DNA of 64,000 nt from a bacterium. GTDB taxonomy: Bacteria > Hinthialibacterota > Hinthialibacteria > Hinthialibacterales > Hinthialibacteraceae. Where the stretch lies: the NCBI GenBank assembly GCA_963662285.2, contig CAXXMV010000001.1, forward strand, positions 576,001 through 640,000. The letters run 5' to 3'. The notes beneath the pieces are model-generated. The model saw only the letters and a program-made list of their open reading frames with translations, made no database searches and was not told the DNA's origin. Each line of letters opens with the position of its first letter. Within the stretch, counting starts at the first letter, position 1. Shown in pieces: positions 37,313 through 47,660 of the stretch. The position numbers were made by a program, and so were the translations under genes.

Positions 37313-38647
37313 TTGTTTTTTTTAATAAGGATAAACGTCATGTTTAGAATAGTTCAACAGTGTTTGGTTTATTGCCTATATACCTGGCTTCTACTTAGCG
37401 TTCTGTCAATCAATGCGTTTACGGATAATAAAGAAGACAATCCGACCGATTATATGATTATCGTAACCGGCGGCGAACTGCTGCGCGGAGTTTACGCAGA
37501 TGGACATGCTTATTTCATTACGCGCATCCTGGAGCCTTTGGGGTGCCGTTGCATCGGAACCATGTGCGTCGGCGACCAATATAAAGATTTATATGACGCA
37601 CTGCAATATGCTTCTCAAAAAACCAATTTGATCATCGTAACGGGAGGACTCGGACCAACTGACGATGATATAACCCGCAAATCCCTATCAGAATTCACCA
37701 AAATCCCCCTCCAGGAAAATCCCGAAGCAGTCAAAGATATGATGCGTCGATTCAATGTTGATGACGTAAATAAGATACGGCAAAACCTGCGCATTCAAAC
37801 CCATACTCCTGTAAAAGGAACTTATTTCCCGAATCCAAACGGTACGGCGGTTGGCCTTGTATATGATGATGGCAAGCGCGTCATTAGCGCTTTACCCGGC
37901 CCGCCCCGCGAGTTGCAACCTATGGTGCAAGATTATTTAATCCCTTTTCTGGCTCAGCGGTTCGGGATTCATTCTATAGGCTGTTCAATCACCATGCGTT
38001 TTGTGGGTATTGGCGAATCGAACATCGATCACACCATGCATCAAAACATGACTTTGCCTGAACATTTAATGATATCATCCTTGTTTGAATTCGGCCGGGT
38101 CGATTTAACTTTTTCTCTTCCTGGCAACACAGATGAAGACAAAAAGCGGTTGAAAAGTCTGGAAAAGGAACTGTTGACGTATATCAATGATTATTTCTAT
38201 ACCGATGAGGGATTGAGTTTGGAGGAATGCGTTATTGGTTTATTTAAGGAAAAAGGATTGATATTCACCACTGCCGAGGTGGGCAGCGGTGGATCGCTGG
38301 CGGCCAGTTTGAATTATTCTGAAGGCGTAAATCAAGTCTATAAAGGCGGGTATACGGCTCCAAACAATAAAGCCATGGCGAATGTTCTGGGTATTCCAGT
38401 AGACGTTAACAACGGTGACGCCCTTTCAAAGAAAGAAGAAACCGAACGCATCGCCCATTGGTTATGCAAAGATTCGACCAAACAATGGTCGTTGGCTATC
38501 AGTGAAATTATTGAAGAGGATGATTCACGATTTGTATGGATCGCCTTTGGGTCAACCCAGGACGGTTTTGATGTGGAACGCGTCTCAATGCGTGGACATG
38601 GCGAAACCGGCCAAGCCAGATTGGTAAATAAGCGCTTGATCTACTGA
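37313..38647 (+). CDS. cinA: CinA-like protein (MoCF domain + degenerate PncC domain), probable frameshift near the 3' end
   Basis: TGGELL, VGD, TGGLGPTDDDITR, NPNGTA, LPGPPREL, GIGES, TAEVGSGG. Confidence 0.75.
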   Translation: MFFLIRINVMFRIVQQCLVYCLYTWLLLSVLSINAFTDNKEDNPTDYMIIVTGGELLRGVYADGHAYFITRILEPLGCRCIGTMCVGDQYKDLYDALQYASQKTNLIIVTGGLGPTDDDITRKSLSEFTKIPLQENPEAVKDMMRRFNVDDVNKIRQNLRIQTHTPVKGTYFPNPNGTAVGLVYDDGKRVISALPGPPRELQPMVQDYLIPFLAQRFGIHSIGCSITMRFVGIGESNIDHTMHQNMTLPEHLMISSLFEFGRVDLTFSLPGNTDEDKKRLKSLEKELLTYINDYFYTDEGLSLEECVIGLFKEKGLIFTTAEVGSGGSLAASLNYSEGVNQVYKGGYTAPNNKAMANVLGIPVDVNNGDALSKKEETERIAHWLCKDSTKQWSLAISEIIEEDDSRFVWIAFGSTQDGFDVERVSMRGHGETGQARLVNKRLIY

Positions 38648-38668
38648 GAAGGCGTTTGAGGTGATCCG

Positions 38669-39499
38669 TCAAGTAATATAAGGCCGACTCGCCTTCCACA
38701 CAGCAAGTACTGATTCCAAAAACGCTTCGATTGAATCGAGAGCGATCATGTTTGGACCATCGCTAAGCGCCTGATTTGGATTGGGATGAGTTTCAATAAA
38801 AAAGCCATCCACTCCAACCGCCGCAGCGGCGCGGGCCAGATATGGCGCCCATTCCCGGCGTCCCCCGGTTGAGGCGCCTTGACCTCCTGGTTGTTGTACG
38901 CTGTGAGTCACGTCAAAAATAACCGGAGCAAACTGCCGCATAATGGGTAGCGCCCGCATATCTACTACCAGGTTATTATATCCAAACGATGAACCTCTTT
39001 CGGTTATACAAACCTTTGAATTACCTTGACTTTTTACCTTAACGCATGCATAACGCATTCCATCCGGGTCCATGAACTGTCCCTTTTTTATGTTTACCGG
39101 GCGACCCGTCTTAGCGCAGGCTTCGAGAAGATCAGTCTGACGGCAAAGAAATGCGGGAATCTGTAAAATATCGACATGCTCAGCGACAATGGCCGCCTGA
39201 TAACTTTCATGGACATCGGTTATTACAGGAATCCCAAGATCACGGCGTACTTTTGAAAGAATATCGAGTGCATCATTAAAACCAATCGAACGAAAAGAAT
39301 CCTTGCTTGTGCGGTTCGCTTTATCAAAAGAAGCCTTAAATACGAATGGAATATCCAGACGCGCAGTAATCTCTTTCAATTGCTGCGCAATTTCATAAAC
39401 CATATCCCGTGATTCAATCACGCATGGACCAGCGATTAATACCAGTTTCTCCCCCCCCAGCTGTACTCCGGGAGCAATCTCGAAAGATGATGAATGCAT
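38669..39499 (-). CDS. kdsA: KDO-8-phosphate synthase
   Basis: IAGPCVIES, KASFDKANRTS, QIPAFLCRQTDL, NIKKGQF, DVTHSVQ. Confidence 0.97.
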   Translation of the reverse strand: MHSSSFEIAPGVQLGGEKLVLIAGPCVIESRDMVYEIAQQLKEITARLDIPFVFKASFDKANRTSKDSFRSIGFNDALDILSKVRRDLGIPVITDVHESYQAAIVAEHVDILQIPAFLCRQTDLLEACAKTGRPVNIKKGQFMDPDGMRYACVKVKSQGNSKVCITERGSSFGYNNLVVDMRALPIMRQFAPVIFDVTHSVQQPGGQGASTGGRREWAPYLARAAAAVGVDGFFIETHPNPNQALSDGPNMIALDSIEAFLESVLAVWKASRPYIT

Positions 39500-39781
39500 C
39501 GACTTTATTATCCTTAATTACAATATCAATAATGAAAAAAACAAGTATATACGAATTAGTTTATAGCGATTAACAAAACTATAAACGTATTGAAAGCACT
39601 GGATTTCTTAAAAATCCCATCTTTTCAAGATTTTTTAACCACCGCATTAACGCATGTAATATTGAGAATCGCTCTAACAACAGGCTACATCAGGAATCAT
39701 TTTTTTGAAGATGTTCGGGTAGATTTTACTAAAGGAATAAGAATCTATAGATAGATGCCAAGTATTCGTATCACGGTGTAC

Positions 39782-40426
39782 TTATATTACTTTAAGAATA
39801 GAGTTTTCTCCGCCAAACGAATTGGGCGATTTATGCGGATTCGCCGGATCGGTTATAGGTAGATCGTCGACCAGAAACAGATATTCATATTGCCCCGGTT
39901 TCAGATTAATCTGAGTAGACCAGAGTCCACTATTAGATGAATGCAAAGAAATCGCCTGACCCTCATCCCAGTCGATAAAGTCCCCAATTAACTGAACTTG
40001 CTTGGCTTCAGGAAGTGAAACAGATAGTTCGACTGATTTTAAAGTATTTGAATTAATCCGGGATCGATTACTTTTTAGACGTTCTCGTTCATCAGAATCA
40101 GGAGAAATAATAAAGTAGCCTTTTACTGAGCATCCCGGTTGAACTCTCAGACAAGGCGCCACAACGTCTGATTCCAAATTACACGATTCTATTAAAATAA
40201 CTTTACTAGTCGCTTCGATAGGTCCCTGAGTCATACCTTCGATTAATGCTTCGCTGGTGTTTATTTCTCCCCGAACAGCGCCATGTTTCAACACGCGAAC
40301 TCTTTGCTTGGCGATGACCTGTCCTTCAATCATTCCATCAATACATACGCTTCCCTCGGTTTTCAAGATTCCTGAAGCTCGAGTACGATGGTCGATAAAA
40401 CTCTCTGCATTAGCATCTGTTACCAT
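39782..40426 (-). CDS. Bactofilin domain fused to a CBM48/AMPK-type glycogen-binding domain
   Basis: N-terminal beta-helix repeats (IDGMIEG, GAVRGEI, IEG); C-terminal AKQVQLIGDF..W..LKPGQYEYLFLVD..DPAN..NSFGGENS. Confidence 0.8.
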   Translation of the reverse strand: MVTDANAESFIDHRTRASGILKTEGSVCIDGMIEGQVIAKQRVRVLKHGAVRGEINTSEALIEGMTQGPIEATSKVILIESCNLESDVVAPCLRVQPGCSVKGYFIISPDSDERERLKSNRSRINSNTLKSVELSVSLPEAKQVQLIGDFIDWDEGQAISLHSSNSGLWSTQINLKPGQYEYLFLVDDLPITDPANPHKSPNSFGGENSILKVI

Positions 40427-40882
40427 TTTTTTCCCAACTTAAAAACAATCTATAACACACTGTCAACACAAAATATAATCAGATTAATCGATATATAATA
40501 AATTGATTATAAATAAGCATTCATAAATCTCAAGTTGTCATGCAAATATAAAGAAATATTATTTTTTGCTTTACAAATTTAATTTCTGTAAAGCATTTAT
40601 TATATAAAATTTATATTACTTGAAATTACAGTCATTATCCATGATGCTCCATTTATTATCAATTCAATCAATTTAACTTAAAAAAGTTTGCTCTTTAGCG
40701 CCACTGGGATTCACAAAAGGCAATAAATTTGAGATTATACTTACACTCATTATTGCTAGACGCCAAAAAGCCATTAAATACATACGCCAATTCTTCGGTA
40801 AGTTCTTTATTTTATTTGATGTTTTTTTATTTTCTAAACGGATATAAGTTATACAAAGAATAAGATTGGCTGGAATATTAAC

Positions 40883-41314
40883 ATGAAATTACGCCAGATA
40901 TCAGTATTTGTAGAAAACCGCATTGGCCGGGTGGCCGAATTAACCCATCTTCTGGGAGTAAACGATATCAATATCCGCGCCGTATCATTGGCCGATACCC
41001 ATGATTTCGGGATCGTCCGGCTGATTGTAAACCATGTCGACCGGGCGCTCGATATTCTGCGCGAACATAAATTCACCGTTCATGACACTGAAGTAATCGC
41101 CATCTCCATTCCCGACGAACCTGATGGACTTGCCAAAGTATTATTTATGCTGAGTGAGGAAAAACTGGATGTCGGTTATTTATACGGATTTGTTGAACAA
41201 ACGGGGAGAAACGCAATTCTTATCTTCCGCTTTGAAGAAGTTGACCGGGCCATAGAAATCATTAATTCCAAAGGCTTACGCATCATAAGCGGAGAAGAAT
41301 TATACAAGATGTAA
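40883..41314 (+). CDS. Tandem ACT-domain protein (COG4747)
   Basis: QISVFVENRIGR, INIRA, DTHDFGIVRLIV, DEPDGL. Confidence 0.9.
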   Translation: MKLRQISVFVENRIGRVAELTHLLGVNDINIRAVSLADTHDFGIVRLIVNHVDRALDILREHKFTVHDTEVIAISIPDEPDGLAKVLFMLSEEKLDVGYLYGFVEQTGRNAILIFRFEEVDRAIEIINSKGLRIISGEELYKM

Positions 41315-41489
41315 AAAGCAAACCAACATTTTTTAGTTTTATTTTATACATACTATGCATTAGATAGCAAAATCACTAATTATCGAAGAAAGGAGGTGGC
41401 TTCCATTCGAGACAGAAACATTACAGCCGAATAATTGCTATAAGACTGTTACAGGAAATCAAATAAAAAATTACGGGAGGAATATTAGA

Positions 41490-43040
41490 ATGTGGAAAAA
41501 AGTATCGATGGTTATTGCGGTTGCTGCTTGCGTGGCTCTTCTTGCTCCAGCATCAGCCATGAGTCAAGGAAAAGTTGACGAACTGGAAAAGAAAATTCAG
41601 TCCATGGAAGCTCAACTAAATGAATTAAAAACCATGTTGCAATCGCAGCAAGCTGCTCCAGCCGAACCAGCAGCTCCTATTGCGCCAGGCAAAAGCGAAA
41701 TGACGTTGATCGGCAAGGGTGGAACTCTGGAAATAGGCGGCGACATTCGCCTAAGAGGCCTCTTCTTCGATAACCTGTGGGATTTCGATGGCAGCAACGA
41801 TTTCGATCAGCGCGAAGTCTTCCGCTTCCGTCCACGGGTCTATTTTGATTGGAAACCAACTGACGATATGGAAGCTTATGTCCGCGTAGCCAAAGAATGG
41901 TTCTATGGCCAGGACAACGAACGCCTCGGTTACGATGTCGAAGGCAAAGATGTCATGTTCGACAACGCCTGGGGTCAATATTCTGATATTATGGGTACAG
42001 GATTAACCCTTCGTCTTGGTCGTCAAGACCTGATTTACGGCGATGGTTTCGTGCTCCTGGATGGTACGCCTCAAGATGGTTCAATGACAATCGCATTCGA
42101 CGCCGCTAAATTAACGTGGGCGCACGATTGGGGTTCAAGTGATCTGATTTACGCCAAACTTCATGAAAATAACAACCAACGAGCCGATGATGAAGATCTA
42201 TATGGACTTTACAACAAGTTTAAGTTTGATGATTATGGTCTAGGTCTGGAACCATACTTCCTGGTTCGCAACAAGAACGACGCTGTAGATACAACAGGCA
42301 TTGGCCCAGCCACTTATCCATTTGCCGCGTATGATCCATCACCAAAAGAAGAAACATTCCTTCTTGGCGCACGCGCTACCTATAATCTAGATGTTGCTGA
42401 AGACGTCAATCTTGCTTTTGCAGCTGAGGGCGGCAAGCAATTTGGAGAGATGGATTTCTCTAACAGTCCTCTAGTAGGCGTCAATCCAGCTAGTGGTTTC
42501 AGCCGTTTTGGCGGCGACGATACAGTTGACCGCGATGCATGGGGCGGCCAGTTCCACGGCACATTGACCTTCAAAAGCGTCCCATGGACGCCAAGCGTCA
42601 AAGCAGGCGTCTCTTATATGTCTGGCGATGATCCCAACACAGCTGATTACGAAGGATGGGATGATTTCTACGGACAGTGGCCTAAATACAGCGAATTGTA
42701 CGTCTATTCGCTTTATGATGGTTTCAAATTCCTTAATGGCGGCAACGACGTGGACGTCGGCGTATGGTCAAACATGATCATCCCCGAACTGAAAATCACC
42801 ATGAAACCAACTGATCGTTGGACTCAGACTCTGCGCGCGTTATATTTCCTGGCCGACGAAAAAACCGGTCCTGGCAATGGCAACGAACGTGGACTCAACC
42901 TGCAATGGTTGACCGAGTACACTTTCACCAAAAACCTGAGCGGCCACGTATTGTTTGAATGGATGGATCCAGGCGATTACTACGGTCCAGACGCAGATGA
43001 TGCATTGTTTACCCGTTTTGAGGTTATGTACAAATTCTAA
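41490..43040 (+). CDS. Outer-membrane beta-barrel (alginate export family-like porin)
   Basis: Signal peptide, coiled-coil N-terminus, GRQDLIYGDG, SGDDP, C-terminal YKF. Confidence 0.82.
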   Translation: MWKKVSMVIAVAACVALLAPASAMSQGKVDELEKKIQSMEAQLNELKTMLQSQQAAPAEPAAPIAPGKSEMTLIGKGGTLEIGGDIRLRGLFFDNLWDFDGSNDFDQREVFRFRPRVYFDWKPTDDMEAYVRVAKEWFYGQDNERLGYDVEGKDVMFDNAWGQYSDIMGTGLTLRLGRQDLIYGDGFVLLDGTPQDGSMTIAFDAAKLTWAHDWGSSDLIYAKLHENNNQRADDEDLYGLYNKFKFDDYGLGLEPYFLVRNKNDAVDTTGIGPATYPFAAYDPSPKEETFLLGARATYNLDVAEDVNLAFAAEGGKQFGEMDFSNSPLVGVNPASGFSRFGGDDTVDRDAWGGQFHGTLTFKSVPWTPSVKAGVSYMSGDDPNTADYEGWDDFYGQWPKYSELYVYSLYDGFKFLNGGNDVDVGVWSNMIIPELKITMKPTDRWTQTLRALYFLADEKTGPGNGNERGLNLQWLTEYTFTKNLSGHVLFEWMDPGDYYGPDADDALFTRFEVMYKF

Positions 43041-43174
43041 GCCACACCCTCTGGTTGATTCGGAGGATTACCGGAGAAGCCAGTTATGAGATCATAAGAT
43101 AACCCGAATGGGGTGCGTTCCTCTTTGTAGAAGAACGCACCCCACTCCCAAAAATCGTGGAGGATCGATTAACT

Positions 43175-44365
43175 ATGAGAAAATACCTAGTCTTTGCTAT
43201 AGGAATTGCGCTTCTATTTGGAATCTCTTGCAGTCCGGGCGACCAGAATGCCGGAGATCCAACAAAAGCGGCTGTAAAACCAGTTGTCAAAGAACCGATT
43301 AAAATCGGCGCTATTCTCGCTATCACTGGCAGCGCTTCATGGCTCGGTGAACCGGAACGCAACACCATTGTGATGATCGCCGAAACAGTCAACGCCGCCG
43401 GCGGTATCAATGGCCGTAAAATTGAACTGATTATTGAAGATTGTGAAGGCGCTCCAGATAAAGCCGTTACATCTATCAATAAATTAATAAAGCAGGATAA
43501 TGTTTGCGCCATTGTCGGCCCATCCCGCAGCGGCGTGGCCATGGCCCTCAAGCCTATCGCTGAAGAAAACGAGGTTCCACTGATTGCCTGTGCGGCAGCT
43601 GAAGATATTGTTAATCCCATCAGTAAATGGGTTTTTAAGACGCCTCAAAACGACAGCGACTGTGTTATCCGCATTTATGAGCACATGAAATCGGTTAATA
43701 TCAGTAAAATCGCCATCATTACCGGTACAACTGGTTTTGGCGCCGCAGGACGCAAACAGTTGATATCCATCGCCGCAAAGATGGGGATCACGATTGTGGC
43801 GGATGAGACATACAATCCGACTGACACCGATATGACAGCTCAGTTGACCAAGATTCGCGGTACGGATGCGCAGGCCGTGGTCAACTGGTCAATCGTTCCG
43901 GCGCAGAGCATCGTTCCCAAAAATATGAGCCAACTCACCATGACTATTCCTCTTTATCAAAGCCATGGATTTGGCAACATAAACTACGTCAAGCAAGCCG
44001 GACCGGCAGCTAATGGAATCATCTTCCCGGCAGGCGCATTGCTGGCCGTCGATTCTTTACCAGCTACCCATCCCCGTAAAGCCTTGCTGACCCAGTATGC
44101 AAAAGACTACCAAGCCAAGTTCAACGCCCCCGCCAGTACATTCGGCGGACATGCTTATGATGCTTTGCATCTGGTTATCAACGCCTTGAAAAAAACTGGC
44201 TCAGATGATAAAGCCGCACTGCGTGACGCCATTGAAAGCACCACCAATTTCGATGGCACGGCAGGCACATTCAACTATTCTGCTACAGACCATTGCGGTT
44301 TGAAAAAAGACGCCTTTGAATTGATTACCGTAAAAGATGAAAAGTTCGTCCTTTATACGCCATAA
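43175..44365 (+). CDS. Liv-type ABC substrate-binding lipoprotein (aromatic acid type)
   Basis: Lipobox GISC; IKIGAIL..TG, NAAGGINGRK, QSHG, GGHAYDA. Confidence 0.92.
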   Translation: MRKYLVFAIGIALLFGISCSPGDQNAGDPTKAAVKPVVKEPIKIGAILAITGSASWLGEPERNTIVMIAETVNAAGGINGRKIELIIEDCEGAPDKAVTSINKLIKQDNVCAIVGPSRSGVAMALKPIAEENEVPLIACAAAEDIVNPISKWVFKTPQNDSDCVIRIYEHMKSVNISKIAIITGTTGFGAAGRKQLISIAAKMGITIVADETYNPTDTDMTAQLTKIRGTDAQAVVNWSIVPAQSIVPKNMSQLTMTIPLYQSHGFGNINYVKQAGPAANGIIFPAGALLAVDSLPATHPRKALLTQYAKDYQAKFNAPASTFGGHAYDALHLVINALKKTGSDDKAALRDAIESTTNFDGTAGTFNYSATDHCGLKKDAFELITVKDEKFVLYTP

Positions 44366-44402
44366 TATGATTGCTTGCATCAGAATCGTGATATTGACGA
44401 TT

Positions 44403-44436
44403 ACCGGGGGCATGATAACTCATGCCCCCGGTTTTT
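44403..44436 (+). terminator. Intrinsic terminator after the binding-protein gene
   Basis: ACCGGGGGCATGA-TAAC-TCATGCCCCCGGT TTTT. Confidence 0.85.
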
Positions 44437-44712
44437 AATCCGCAATATCCATAGCGCTTTGCTCCACTAACATAATTAAGATTTTGCATTAAATTGTCAT
44501 GATTCCAGCAGGTTAGAGAGATTGCCAAAAGTTTATTTTTAAGATAAAGGTAGTATTCCTTCTCCAAGGAGGATGTTAGGAGAGAGTTGGCTGGTCGCAA
44601 CGCAACCCCCCTCTAACTCCCGCCAGACTTGGGGCGGAGAATACTTATACTTATCTAACCAAAAATATAATTTTGAGAATCACTCTAATTAATTATCGCT
44701 TTTGAGGTTTCG

Positions 44713-45612
44713 ATGGAAATAAGTATCTGGACTCAGCTTCTTCAATACCTGGTCACGGGGATCAGCATAGGCAGCATCTATGGCATGGTGGCCATCGGCT
44801 TCAATATCATCTATAACTCCACCGGTATAATAAACTTCGCCCAGGGCGAATTCGTTATGCTGGGCGGTATGATCATGGTTACTTTAACTCAGACGTTCGG
44901 GCTTCCCATGCCGATTGCTTTTATTCTTACCACCGTCATGGTGTCGCTGATCGGTGGATTGTTTGAACGGCTGGCCATTCTACCCATGAAAAACGCCAGC
45001 GTGCTGACATTGATTATCATCACTATCGGCGGATCGATTGTGATGAAGGGCATCGCCATGTTTATCTGGGGTAAGGATTCTTATATGTTACCCCATTTCT
45101 CCGGCGAAGTTCCCATCACCTTCATGGGCGCATCAATCCTCCCCCAGACTATATGGATATTGGGGATCATGTTCACCACCGTGGCGCTGCTTACTATCTT
45201 TTTCAAATTCACCATAATCGGAAAAGCAATGCGCGCCTGCTCGTCGAACAAGACCGCCGCAATGTTGATCGGCGTAGACGTGCGCAAAATGGTATTATTC
45301 TCGTTCATGCTCAGCGCCGCTATCGGCGCCATCGCCGGAATGATTATCACGCCTATTGCGCTGGTTGATTATAATCGCGGCTTCATGCTGGCGCTTAAAG
45401 GTTTCAGCGCCGCCATCCTGGGCGGCTTAGGCAACAGCGCTGGCGCCGTAATCGCCGGATTCATCCTGGGGATTCTGGAATCAATGGGCGCCGGATTGAT
45501 CTCTTCGGGTTATAAAGACGCCATCGCTTTAGTGGTGCTGTTGGTGATCTTGTTTGTACGTCCTAGTGGATTATTCGGCAATAAAGAGGCATCGAAATTA
45601 CAGTCGTTTTAG
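44713..45612 (+). CDS. livH: Branched-chain amino acid-type ABC permease
   Basis: INFAQGEF, GKAMRA, AILGGLG, RPSGLFG. Confidence 0.92.
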   Translation: MEISIWTQLLQYLVTGISIGSIYGMVAIGFNIIYNSTGIINFAQGEFVMLGGMIMVTLTQTFGLPMPIAFILTTVMVSLIGGLFERLAILPMKNASVLTLIIITIGGSIVMKGIAMFIWGKDSYMLPHFSGEVPITFMGASILPQTIWILGIMFTTVALLTIFFKFTIIGKAMRACSSNKTAAMLIGVDVRKMVLFSFMLSAAIGAIAGMIITPIALVDYNRGFMLALKGFSAAILGGLGNSAGAVIAGFILGILESMGAGLISSGYKDAIALVVLLVILFVRPSGLFGNKEASKLQSF

Positions 45613-45644
45613 AGTTGTCGGTAAAATAACGTATTGGAATCAAA

Positions 45645-45858
45645 TTCTCCCCCCAAGCCTGGGGGGAATTAGAGGGGGGGTTGCGCTTTGATCAACCAAC
45701 CCCCTCCTAACCTCCCCCAGGCTTGGATGGGTGGCAAGGGCAAGACCGCATTGCGGTCAGCCCTTGATCAAACCACCCATTACTTGGAGAAGATCTATAG
45801 GGGAGGGCGCTTTGATCAACCAACCCCCTCCTAACCTCCCCCAGGCTTTGGGGAGGAA
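45645..45858. repeat. Composite REP cluster (family B-like units with an embedded family A unit) inside the ABC operon
   Basis: Direct duplication of GCGCTTTGATCAACCAACCCCCTCCTAACCTCCCCCAGGCTT around 45729-45768. Confidence 0.8.
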
Positions 45859-45920
45859 ATTAAACACGGAAGTTGACTGATTTATTTGAAATATAAAATA
45901 AATAATATTGAGTTAGATAT

Positions 45921-46880
45921 ATGAGCCGTAACAATTTACTTTCCGTAACAGGTTTTATTCTTCTGATTGCGCTTATGCCTTTTATTGTGGGTACGGGCAG
46001 CTATTGGATCAATGTCATGGTGCTGATGGGCATCTATTCGATCATCACTATGGGATTGAGTTTGCTTATGGGATACGCCGGACAGATATCCCTGGGTCAC
46101 GGCGCTTTTTTTGGAATGGGGGCCTACGCCTCCGGACTGCTATGCACCCAGTTGAATTTTAATCCCTGGCTGGCCATGTTGACCGCTATGCTCTTGACCT
46201 GCGTGGCGGCATACCTGATCGGACTGCCCACCCTGCGATTGCACGGACACTACCTGGCCATGGCTACTCTGGCTTTTGGACAGATCATGGTCATCACCGT
46301 CACTGCTGAAGTCGGTTTAACTGGCGGTCCATCCGGTTTTGGCAGCATCCCCAGATTGTCCATCTTGGGTTTTGTTTTGAAAGATGACCTGGTCTACTAT
46401 TATTTTGTATGGATTATGGTTGCGATTGTATTAATCATATCTTTTAATATCATCCATTCACGCGTCGGCCGCGCCTTACGCTCCATCCACGGAGGCGAGC
46501 AGGCCGCCAACGCCATGGGAGTCAACACCGCAGCTTACAAAGTTCAGGTATTCGTGCTTAGCGCCGCTTTCGCTTCATTAGCGGGCAGCATGTACGTCCA
46601 TTACGTAACCTTCATCAGCCCCACATCATGCGAACTAAAATTCTCCGTCATCCTGGTGGTCATGGTTGCCATTGGCGGCATGAATCACCTTTGGGGCGCC
46701 ATATTGGGCACAGCGCTGCTGGCTGCTTTACCTCAGTTCTTAAAAGTTTTTCATGATTTTGATATTCTGGCTTATGGTTTAATACTTATGCTGATTATGA
46801 TCTTTTCCCCCGACGGGATTTTCGGCGGTATGGCCTCACTCATTAATCGTTTGCGCCATCGCCATATAAAGAGTGGATAA
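45921..46880 (+). CDS. livM: ABC permease
   Basis: GYAGQISLGH, LRLHGHYLAMATL, TGGPSG, SRVGRAL. Confidence 0.92.
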   Translation: MSRNNLLSVTGFILLIALMPFIVGTGSYWINVMVLMGIYSIITMGLSLLMGYAGQISLGHGAFFGMGAYASGLLCTQLNFNPWLAMLTAMLLTCVAAYLIGLPTLRLHGHYLAMATLAFGQIMVITVTAEVGLTGGPSGFGSIPRLSILGFVLKDDLVYYYFVWIMVAIVLIISFNIIHSRVGRALRSIHGGEQAANAMGVNTAAYKVQVFVLSAAFASLAGSMYVHYVTFISPTSCELKFSVILVVMVAIGGMNHLWGAILGTALLAALPQFLKVFHDFDILAYGLILMLIMIFSPDGIFGGMASLINRLRHRHIKSG

Positions 46881-46882
46881 TA

Positions 46883-47656
46883 ATGCAAGAGGGAAGCACC
46901 TTACTCGAACTCACAAACGTAACCCGTAGATTCGGCGGCCTGACGGCGGTCTCTTCGGTCAATCTATGCGTCGCCGAAGGAAAAATCAAAGCGGTCATCG
47001 GCCCAAATGGAGCGGGCAAAACCACCCTGTTCAACCTTATCAGCGGCGTACTTCCAGTTTCCGAAGGAACTATACATTTTAATGGCGACCAATTAACCGG
47101 ACGTAAATCTTATGCTGTTGCGCGGATGGGAATATCCCGCACCTTCCAAACCGCCGCTATCTTCCACAACATGACCATACTCGAAAACGTCATGATCGGA
47201 CGCCATATCAGAACCAAAGGTCAATTGCTGGGCGCTGCATTCAAAACGCCAAGATCCAGACTCGAAGAGAAACAGATGAAAGTTGACGCTGCGCACTGGC
47301 TGCAATTCATGGACGTCAACGTCGATTATAATACCCTGCCCGGCGAACAGCCTTTCGTCATCCACCGTAAGGTGGAGATTGCGCGGGCGCTGGCCACTGA
47401 ACCACAATTGATTATGTTGGACGAACCAGCGGCGGGTCTAGATATCCGCGAAACCGAAGAGATGGCCGAACTGATTCAGAAAATATGCAAACACGGAGTC
47501 ACTCCCCTTATTATCGAACACGATATGTCTCTGGTTATGGAGATATCCGATGAAGTTTTCGTATTGAATCACGGCGCTAAAATTGCCGAAGGTACGCCGC
47601 GTGAAGTGCAACAGAACAAAGATGTGATCGCCGCTTATCTGGGAAAGGAGAAATAA
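46883..47656 (+). CDS. livG: ABC ATPase
   Basis: GPNGAGKTT, RTFQ, LDEPAAG, IEHDM. Confidence 0.92.
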   Translation: MQEGSTLLELTNVTRRFGGLTAVSSVNLCVAEGKIKAVIGPNGAGKTTLFNLISGVLPVSEGTIHFNGDQLTGRKSYAVARMGISRTFQTAAIFHNMTILENVMIGRHIRTKGQLLGAAFKTPRSRLEEKQMKVDAAHWLQFMDVNVDYNTLPGEQPFVIHRKVEIARALATEPQLIMLDEPAAGLDIRETEEMAELIQKICKHGVTPLIIEHDMSLVMEISDEVFVLNHGAKIAEGTPREVQQNKDVIAAYLGKEK

Positions 47657-47660
47657 TCCC

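Noticed and set aside
43084-43620. 178-aa antisense ORF and other overlapping ORFs in the six-frame track (e.g. 7396..7971, 10709..11290, 57124..57822)
   Set aside because: They lie within well-supported genes and show no motifs; treated as shadow ORFs.
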